From contig JBMNFY010000017.1 of the NCBI GenBank assembly GCA_050949565.1, forward strand, positions 192,001 through 256,000: a DNA stretch of 64,000 bases, read 5' to 3'. Every line of letters starts with the position of its first letter. Positions within the stretch are counted from its first letter, which is position 1. Source of the stretch: Kiritimatiellia bacterium (GTDB lineage: Bacteria > Verrucomicrobiota > Kiritimatiellia > RFP12 > UBA1067). A program made the position numbers and the translations under genes. Below the pieces are notes generated by a model that saw nothing but the letters and a program-made list of their open reading frames with translations, made no database searches and was not told the origin of the DNA. This document shows positions 47,243 to 54,940 of this stretch, in pieces.

Positions 47243-47997
47243 GCTTTGACCCTTTTCACGCTGATGTCCGCCGCTTCCTCTTTGCGGAGCGACAGGTGGT
47301 AACCCTTGATCTTCACGTCGATTGGATCTCCAAGAGGAGCCACGCGCACCACCTCGACCAGGCTCCCCGTAGTCACCCCCATGTCGCGGATACGCCGCTT
47401 CACGGCGCCCTCGCCGGCGACCTTCTCAATCTGCGCCTTCTCGCCGGGCTTTAGCTCACTGAGTGGAATACTCATCTCGCCGTCTGTTCCTTTCTTTGGT
47501 TTTTTTCTGACATCTTCGAGACACAGTTCAATGCACCGCTCGCAGTTCTGCGGCTCGACCGCCGCCTCTTCGCAGCGGTACCCGAAACCGCGTACCCACT
47601 TCGCGCCCGCTCTGGGACAGGTCTTGACGAAATCCGCAAACTCGGTAAAGCGCTCCACAATGTGCGACGACACGCCGTGCTCCATGTGGCAGGCAGCCTT
47701 ATCAGCCTCGGCCTCGTCGATAGAGAGCACATGCACCATGAAATCGCGCAACGCCTCATGCCGCCGCACGACGCGGCTGGCGACCTTCTCCCCCTCATCA
47801 GTCAGCGTGACAAAACCGTAGCGCTCATAATTCACCAGCCCGCGGTCGCGCAAGGCTTGCAACATCCCGGTGACAGACGACCGGTTCACCTTGAGGCGTT
47901 CCGCGATATCCTTCGACCGGGCGACCGTATTCTCGCGGACGAGGTGAAAGATCGCCTCCAAATAATCCTCGATGCTGACACTCAGCGCTTCTGTCAT
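47239..47997 (-). CDS. DtxR/MntR family metal-dependent regulator with C-terminal FeoA domain
   Basis: EDYLEAI, DIAERLKV.RSSVT.ML, RRHE, ACHMEH, Cys-rich linker, FeoA domain DMGVT.G...APLGDP....GYHLSLR.EEA. Confidence 0.9.
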   Translation of the reverse strand: MTEALSVSIEDYLEAIFHLVRENTVARSKDIAERLKVNRSSVTGMLQALRDRGLVNYERYGFVTLTDEGEKVASRVVRRHEALRDFMVHVLSIDEAEADKAACHMEHGVSSHIVERFTEFADFVKTCPRAGAKWVRGFGYRCEEAAVEPQNCERCIELCLEDVRKKPKKGTDGEMSIPLSELKPGEKAQIEKVAGEGAVKRRIRDMGVTTGSLVEVVRVAPLGDPIDVKIKGYHLSLRKEEAADISVKRVKA

Positions 47998-48030
47998 GAC
48001 TATGGCCTCTCCAAATCCTTTTCCTCTCAA

Positions 48031-48073
48031 AGTTCGGAGTGCCGAATATACTACGCCAAACCGTACATATCAA
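48031..48073 (-). promoter_or_regulatory. Putative sigma70 promoter with overlapping palindromic operator for the feo operon
   Basis: Minus strand TTGATA-17 nt-TATATT. Palindrome TTCGG-N4-CCGAA at 48033-48046 overlaps the -10/+1 region. Confidence 0.55.
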
Positions 48074-48120
48074 CGGGGAAGATTCGTTTTTTCGTCATTT
48101 TTTTTCGTAATTCCGTTTTC

Positions 48121-48272
48121 CACTTAGTCCCCCACACTTAGTCGCCACACCTAGTCGAGTACACTTAGTCCCCTACACTTAGTCGATTGCGCCGGAGACG
48201 AAGTGTGTGGATTAAGTGTGAGTGACGAAGTGTAAACGACGAAGTGTTGGGATCAAGTGTAGGGACTAAGTG
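48121..48272. repeat. Head-to-head tandem array of 13-14-bp units forming a ~150-bp imperfect palindrome
   Basis: Five ACACTTAGTC-type units followed by six GAC[T/G]AAGTGT-type units. Confidence 0.8.
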
Positions 48273-48655
48273 CGGCTCGCGGGGACGCTCGCCCCCCGCC
48301 GGCCTAAAGGGCCGGATGCCCAAGCCACAGGGGCACGGACATTCCTGTCCGTGCCACGGGTTGGAAAACCCGTGCTCCTTTCGCCGCGCGTAGAGCGGCC
48401 GGTCAAGCGGAAATCCACTGGACGATCTGACGCAGGGTGGTGTATGCTGTTTTTGCTGGCCTCGTGGTTGTGCGGTCACGCGCCTTGGTCGATCTTTTTT
48501 TCATAATGCCTGTAGGTTACAGGCAGACGGCCACGAGGCCAACGTTTTTTAAGTTGTCAGCGAACCCTATGGGATGCTAGTGAACAAGGATAGCATTTCG
48601 CGATTTTTAGGCAGAAATTTTACACGCTTGAATAGTAGTCAAGGAGTGCGTTATT

Positions 48656-49258
48656 ATGGAAAAAAAATGTTTCTTACTGTTTTTCTTTCTTTTATGCAGG
48701 ACATTGGACGCGCAAGCTCAAACCAACACATGTTTTGTGGATATTTTTGAACAAACGTATTGGACGCCGTCCGTTCCTGACAACGTTAGGACAAATTTTA
48801 TCACATGGCTTTCTGATATCCCTAAGAGCGAAGCCGAGGCATTCCACAGAATTAAAGGGAAGTATGAATCACTCATTAAGCGGTGGAGCGCACTCTATCT
48901 TGTAGAATTGGGACTAACCGCACCGAGAACGCTTTACATCGGGTCATTTACTGAAAAATCGGCAAACGTCCTGATTTACGATCAAACGGGGCAATCATTC
49001 TGGACGGTTGGAAACGTCTCATCGTTTGAGAAGCCCCATGAAATCCAGCCTGCACTCGTAACCAGAATCGAGTCATTTGATTTTCTTCTTGGACAAACAG
49101 AAGGGCTAAATGCACGGGCATACCAGCTTTTTTTAATCAAATGGCGGATCGCCAACTGTGTCATGGATGGGATACGTATTGATGTTTCAGAAGAGGATAT
49201 CATGGGCGCGAGAGCATGTTTGAACTCATGCCGGGGTGCGCAAGAAAAGGGATCGTAA
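48656..49258 (+). CDS. AT-rich secreted hypothetical protein
   Basis: RBS AAGGAG, signal peptide MEKKCFLLFFFLLCRTLDAQA, low-GC sequence. No family recognised. Confidence 0.65.
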   Translation: MEKKCFLLFFFLLCRTLDAQAQTNTCFVDIFEQTYWTPSVPDNVRTNFITWLSDIPKSEAEAFHRIKGKYESLIKRWSALYLVELGLTAPRTLYIGSFTEKSANVLIYDQTGQSFWTVGNVSSFEKPHEIQPALVTRIESFDFLLGQTEGLNARAYQLFLIKWRIANCVMDGIRIDVSEEDIMGARACLNSCRGAQEKGS

Positions 49259-49397
49259 TTTGACATTGGACACAGTGGCAACTAAGAGACAGGTGTTTTG
49301 ACGACTGTGTGTAAACGACGAAGTGTTGGGATCAAGTGTCGAGAGGAGTGCGGCTCGCGGGGACACTCGCCCTTCAGCCTTCGCGTGAAACAACCGG

Positions 49398-49525
49398 GCA
49401 GCGCTTTTACTCTCAAGATTGCGAGCCACTGCGTGGTCGCAATAAGAGAGGTTGACTCGCGACCCGCGACTTGCGACTTGCGGCCAGCCCTGCCCCCAAA
49501 AAACCTCGTGGCATGGGCGTCCCGC
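49398..49525. repeat. ~125-bp composite repeat, direct copy of 53221-53343
   Basis: gcagcgcttttactctcaag.ttgcgagccactgcgtggtcgcaataagagaggttga...gcggccagccc...gtggcatgggcgtcccgc present in both copies. Confidence 0.8.
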
Positions 49526-49759
49526 ATCGTCAACAACTGCCGGGAACCGGCCCGCGAAACTGACTATCTGAATGAGGCCAAAGGAGCCGCTCACGTCGAT
49601 CACGCCGCCCAGCGGATCTCGGTTATGTCGGGTTCGCGAAGATCCACCGCATAGCCGACGCGGCGCAGCGAGTCGGCGACGACCCACAGCGTGGGGAGAT
49701 CGGCATTAACGCCCAGATCGATGCGGAACCATGCAACACTCAACTTTCAGTTGCGTTCT

Positions 49760-52700
49760 TCATTGTAGCGTGAACAGGATGCCGCGCGCTGTATCGCGGA
49801 TGTAGCCGTCTGCGGTCTGCCAGGCGCACCGTCCGGAGGGCGTGACAAAGCAACCGAGTTGCGTGGACGTGAGCTGCTGCTGGAAGCGCAGGGTGTCGGT
49901 CTCAAGATTGCCGGTCAGCGTGACGGTCGCGTCGGGGTCGAAGAGTGCCGGGCCGATGGCCAGCGGGGTCTCGCCGAAATCGAGCACTGACGTACCGGTG
50001 AAGAGCGTCTCTCCAGCAAGATTGAGTACGGCGGGCATTTGCGGACGGACGATGGCACTGTCGAGCGTGAGTGCGATATCACCCGTGAAGGCGTCGGCTG
50101 TAGCAAGCGTCAGCACGGCGTTGGTCGAGAGGCTCACCGTGAGCGGCACGTTCTGCGTGGCGGTGATGCGCAGCTCGGCACCTGACAGAACGGCGAGCGT
50201 GTTTGTGCCGGCGAGGGCGTTCGGCGCTTCGAGGCACAGCGCGCCACCGCGCACGGTGATCGGTCCGCCGAACGTACTGCCGGAAGCGGCGAGGATCATG
50301 GACGCCGGGCCGGCCTTGACCAGCGGCTGGTCGTAAAGTCCGATCTGCGGGTAATCGCGCATGGATGCGGTGACAGCGAAGTCAACATGGCACTCGACAG
50401 TAAAGGGGGCTTTTTGCGCATTATTGACGAGGGTGAAGCCTGCGGCGTTTGTGGAAGCCGCTGGCCCGAGAATCAGCCAGTGGGCGGCGCCCGCATTGCC
50501 GACGCGCACACGGTTGCCGACGAGGCGGGCTCCGTTCTGCAGCGTCATGTTGTTGGCGTATTGACCAGAATCGCCGATGTCGAAGGAATAGAGCCGACAC
50601 TCGGAGGCATTGAGCGTGATCGGGCGGGACATGCCGAGCGTGAAGAGACCGTTCGGGTACAGGATCGAGTCGCCAGAGAGCACAAGCGGACAGCCATTCC
50701 CGAGGCCCCCGGCATCGGGTGAACGGTGGAGCGCGGTAACGAGAGTAGCACCGTCTCGTACTTGGATAGAGGTGGGCGCGGGACTGGAAATGATGGGGGC
50801 GCTGATGTAGGCCGTGCGCCGCTCCACGGTAATCGGCCCGGCAAAGGCAGTGCCGCCGGAGAGCGTGGCCGGCAGCGGCGTGCCGCCTTGGATTAGGGCG
50901 AGCGACATCACGCCATAGCCTTCCGCTGTATTGTTGGTAGCGATAGAGGTGGTCGTCGCGCCGGGGTTAGTATCGAAATCAAAACCGGTCAGAAAGCGAC
51001 TGAGGACGTAGCTCGCATACTCGCAGGAGGCGACAATGTCAGAGCCCTGCTGCGCGAGGCGGACTTTCACGCACTTGGTGTGAACGTCGTCAAAAACTTG
51101 CGCTTGGAAGGCGACGGTACCATCCTCGGCGACACGCCAGTGATAGACGTTGGCTGGAACAGGGCTGCCCCGTCCGTCGCTGATCCACAACCCTCCCAAT
51201 GTGACGACCGCATCGGTGATCTCGGAAAGGTTCACGCCGGTCAGGACGGTGTCGGCGGCCGGCGCTTTCGGCAGAGGCACATTGTGAACCGGATTAGTGA
51301 CCGCCGACTGCGGGGCACCGGCGGGAGCAGCGATGCGCAGGGCGCCTCTGCCGACCGGCGCGACGGGGAGTGTGACGGGATCGAGCGTGTCCAAGGCGAG
51401 CAGCGATGCGACACCGGAGAGTGCGACACGCGCGGGGAACTGCTGTACGGGAGAGAAGGCGGCATTGCCCAGCGTGACGCGTCCCGGCAGATCGACAGGC
51501 TGTCGCGCGGTCAAGCCAACGGTTGTCAGGCTAGCCTGTAGACGGACGATATTGACGCCGTTGGCCGTGTCGGAACCGGTGGCCAGCGGCAACTCATCGC
51601 CTGCAAGGTCGAAGTCGATGCCGCGGCGATCTTGATGCGGGCTTTCGGGCAATACCAAGGACTTGGCGTAAAGCGCACGGGCGGAGAGTCCTGCCGCGTC
51701 CTCAGTGAGTTCGACCTTGACGCAATAGGTGGCGTTGGCCTCGGCAGCCTGAAACTGGACCGTGGCGGTCGTGGGCGAGGTGCGCTGCCAATGGAAGGGC
51801 TGAGCGGGCAGAAGATCCCGGTTGTTGACACCGCTGCCACCGATATACGCCTCAAAGTCGGTGACTCGATCAAGTTTCGCGTTGTCACCGGTCGCCAGTG
51901 TCGCAGCGGGTGTTTCGGTCGGCAGATAAGAACTGGTTGCGTGAGCCGGAAGAAGCATGAAGGCAGGGCAGCCGTACCCGCCTGCGGTGAGATTGGGAGC
52001 GATCGAACCCATGTCCCCGCCTGAGTCGAAATCGAAGCCGACCTGATATGCATCGCGGTGGTATTTCGCATACACGGCACGGCCATAAATGCCGTCCGGC
52101 TGCTGCGTCAGTTCGATCTTGAGGCATTTCGTGTGTATGCCCCTGTCGCGGCGCTGGAGTTGGAAGGATGCGGTGGCGCCGTCGTTCACAAAGTAGAAGA
52201 TGTGCGCGTCCGCATAATCGTCATCGAACGACCCACCGGCCATCAGAGCGGCGGCGGAGTGATAGTTCGCGAGCGTGGCTCCGGGGAAGAGCAACGTGGA
52301 CGAGGCTGTTATGAAGCTCGTGTGGATGAGCGGCTGCGGCGCGGGCGTATCCGCCACGCTCAGTTCTGGTGCGCGGAAGAGCATCAGGCTGGAAGCAAAA
52401 TAGTTGGTGCCGTTATCCGTGCCGGTAGTATCAAAATCGATGCGTCCGGCCATGTCATAGAACGTTTGGGCGTAACGAGCATAGACGGCGCGACCGTAAA
52501 TGCCGTCCGGCTGCTGTGCCAGCGCAACCTTCACGCACTTGACGAATTTTCCTTCGCGTGCACCGTTCTCGAAGAATTGCAGTTGGAAGGTGGCGTTCGC
52601 GCCATCGTTAGTGAAAAACAGGGCACGCGAATAGCTGTCTCTGTAAGCCAGTGCCACGCTCGACCCGGCGACGGTCCCCTCGGCACCAGTCACATCCGCC

Positions 52701-53083
52701 AGCGCGGCATCGGGGAAGAGCAGTACGCTATTGGTAGGAATTGCGCCGCCCTTCCAAGTGAGTGTCGGCAGAGACGCTTCAGACGCTGCCATGCCGCCCT
52801 CGACGGCGATATCCCGCGCACTGGGGCGGATCATGGTTTCGGCGGAGAGCCTGATCGCCGCCGCGATATCCTGCGACACGGTGATGACGGAGGGGTTGGT
52901 GACGGATGCGGTGTCGCCTACACCGGGCACGGCAGCCGGCGACCAGGCGGCGGGATCGTGGAAATCACCTGTACCGGCAGTGAAGACATTCGTCTCTCCG
53001 GCAGCGCAGACGGCCAACGGCACGACGAGCGCGAGAACTTGCAACATGACGGCATACGAGAAGATTCTGATTTTCATAGTCAT
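49760..53083 (-). CDS. Large secreted protein with four copies of an unrecognised ~130-aa domain plus beta-strand repeats
   Basis: Signal peptide, W.P..VP..GD, four FQ.Q...[K/Y]C[V/L]K[V/I].L......YA......DFD units, LVKAGP..TFGG...V.GG.L. Confidence 0.8.
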   Translation of the reverse strand: MTMKIRIFSYAVMLQVLALVVPLAVCAAGETNVFTAGTGDFHDPAAWSPAAVPGVGDTASVTNPSVITVSQDIAAAIRLSAETMIRPSARDIAVEGGMAASEASLPTLTWKGGAIPTNSVLLFPDAALADVTGAEGTVAGSSVALAYRDSYSRALFFTNDGANATFQLQFFENGAREGKFVKCVKVALAQQPDGIYGRAVYARYAQTFYDMAGRIDFDTTGTDNGTNYFASSLMLFRAPELSVADTPAPQPLIHTSFITASSTLLFPGATLANYHSAAALMAGGSFDDDYADAHIFYFVNDGATASFQLQRRDRGIHTKCLKIELTQQPDGIYGRAVYAKYHRDAYQVGFDFDSGGDMGSIAPNLTAGGYGCPAFMLLPAHATSSYLPTETPAATLATGDNAKLDRVTDFEAYIGGSGVNNRDLLPAQPFHWQRTSPTTATVQFQAAEANATYCVKVELTEDAAGLSARALYAKSLVLPESPHQDRRGIDFDLAGDELPLATGSDTANGVNIVRLQASLTTVGLTARQPVDLPGRVTLGNAAFSPVQQFPARVALSGVASLLALDTLDPVTLPVAPVGRGALRIAAPAGAPQSAVTNPVHNVPLPKAPAADTVLTGVNLSEITDAVVTLGGLWISDGRGSPVPANVYHWRVAEDGTVAFQAQVFDDVHTKCVKVRLAQQGSDIVASCEYASYVLSRFLTGFDFDTNPGATTTSIATNNTAEGYGVMSLALIQGGTPLPATLSGGTAFAGPITVERRTAYISAPIISSPAPTSIQVRDGATLVTALHRSPDAGGLGNGCPLVLSGDSILYPNGLFTLGMSRPITLNASECRLYSFDIGDSGQYANNMTLQNGARLVGNRVRVGNAGAAHWLILGPAASTNAAGFTLVNNAQKAPFTVECHVDFAVTASMRDYPQIGLYDQPLVKAGPASMILAASGSTFGGPITVRGGALCLEAPNALAGTNTLAVLSGAELRITATQNVPLTVSLSTNAVLTLATADAFTGDIALTLDSAIVRPQMPAVLNLAGETLFTGTSVLDFGETPLAIGPALFDPDATVTLTGNLETDTLRFQQQLTSTQLGCFVTPSGRCAWQTADGYIRDTARGILFTLQ

Positions 53084-53220
53084 CCCTTCTTCTGAGGCCT
53101 TTACAACGCAGGTTATCACTCCATCACGGTTGGTTTACAGTGCCGAAATCTGGGGAAAAAGTCAAGCCCATGGCGCGTTATTTTGTGGCCGGATTTGCCG
53201 CTTCGCGGCGAAAGGGCAGA

Positions 53221-53399
53221 GCAGCGCTTTTACTCTCAAGGTTGCGAGCCACTGCGTGGTCGCAATAAGAGAGGTTGATCCGCGACTCGCGACTTGCGGC
53301 CAGCCCAGCCCCCCAAAAAAACCTTGTGGCATGGGCGTCCCGCCCATGAAACACGGGCAAGATGCCCGTGCCACACCTCTGCGTTGAAAAAACCCGAGC
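53221..53399. repeat. Composite repeat island (direct copy of 49398-49525 plus GTGG-REP pair)
   Basis: See 49398. gtggcatgggcgtcccgcccatg-aaa-cacgggcaagatgcccgtgccac at 53326-53374. Tail ctctgcgtt..aaaaaacccgagc is shared with about 42449-42470. Confidence 0.8.
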
Positions 53400-53430
53400 T
53401 GTGCCATCCCCCAAGTCGAGCCGTAAGGCA

Positions 53431-54697
53431 CTAGTGAATAAAAGTCACGCGATCCAGTGTCAGCCGCCGTAGGCCCTTGATGTTGAAGGCACCTTTGCCG
53501 CCCGGCTGCATTTCAAACCGCACGTTGCTCAAGAGGATGTCGCTGACATCATCGTCCGGGCGCAGCGTGAACGAGGGATACTCCGGTGAGCGGATCGTCA
53601 TGTTTGAAAAGGTCAGGTTGCGGATGCGGCTGACCTTGGTGTCTTCTGAGAACCTGACGCGGATCGGTGCATTGCGGCATTCGAGATTGATGTCGCTGAA
53701 ATGCACATTCTCGACCCCGAAGGGATGCACGGTTTCCGGCAGGGGCGGCACCCCTTCTCCGCGCGGCGGGTCGTTCGGCACATGCTTCATATCCGGCATA
53801 TCGATGTTGATGCCGGTATGAGACTCGCGGATCACCAGATTGCTAATACGGCAATCCTTGATCAGATAGTCGTGGGTCCAGCCGATGCGGATGGCCGCAG
53901 AGTTGCTCTGCAAAACGCAGTTCGCCACCACCACCCGCTCGCACGCTACAGGTCCGTGCAACTGATGCTGGTAAGCGCGCAGGATCAGCGCGTCATCGCC
54001 GCTGCGCACGATGCAGTCGCTGACCGTCACGTCGCGGCACGACCCGATGTGAATGCCGTCGCCGTTCGGAAAGCGCAGATCCATTTCGATTTTCAGGCCG
54101 CGGACCTGCACGAACTCGCAATCCAGCAGCCACATGCTCCAGCCCGACGGGTTCAGGATCGTGACATCATCCAAGCCGGACGTTCTTGCACCCGACCAGA
54201 AAGATGTTGCGCCCGGTGATCAACTGATCGTGCTTGCGACGCCACCAATGCGTCCCTTCGGTCTTTTCATGAAACAGCTCCGCGCGCCCGTTGATCGTGC
54301 CCCGGCCGCAGATCGCGATATTGGTCTGCGCCACGGCGTAGAACATCGCACGCTTGTTGCGGCGCAGGCTGTACTCGACCCGCCAGTGCGGCGAGGGTTC
54401 AAATTCCGGATAGAGGAGCGGATCGGGACCGCCTTCCAGCGAGGCACCGGCCTCGATTTCCAAGCGCGTGTTCGAGCGCGGGTAGAGCGTGTAGGTCATA
54501 AAGGCCCCGCCCGCGACCCGCACCGTGCCGCCGCCGGCCGCCGCCGCTGCGTCGATCGCCTTCTGGATCGCCGCCGTGTTGTCAGTTTTGCCGTCCGGCA
54601 CCGCACCGAAATCCGTGACACAGAACACTCCGTCCTTGCCCGCGCCCTGCGCAACCGCCGCCGCTACCACCAGCAACCACCCGACCATCCTTCTCAT
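53431..54697 (-). CDS. GH28/pectin-lyase-fold glycoside hydrolase, split by a +1 frameshift near 54172
   Basis: VTDFGAVPDG.TDNT.AIQ.AID, NIAICGRGTING in the first frame; NGDGIH, SGDDAL, AIRIG in the second. Confidence 0.85.
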
Positions 54698-54940
54698 TGT
54701 TTTCTCCTTTCGCCGTATGCTCGCACACGGGCAACCCGCACGCCCTTATCACGTCACCGGTATAGTACCCACATTCCCCTCATTCCCGCAATCTTCATTT
54801 GATGTGGTGCGCGCATCAATGCCCTCCTGCTTGACGGGGACGTGGCGGAAGGATACGATAAAAACACTGGCGATTATCATGAGTTGCAGGTTACACGGCT
54901 GGGCTGTTGCGGTTTCAGCCGCTTGATAGGAGAGTCCCAC

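Noticed and set aside
48121-48272. CRISPR array
   Set aside because: Units are about 10 bp with 3-4-nt linkers and switch orientation; no cas genes in the window.
49599-49743. Short minus-strand ORF (..AWFRIDLGVNADLPTLW..)
   Set aside because: About 47 codons, weak TTG start and no recognisable motif; possibly a gene fragment but unsupported.
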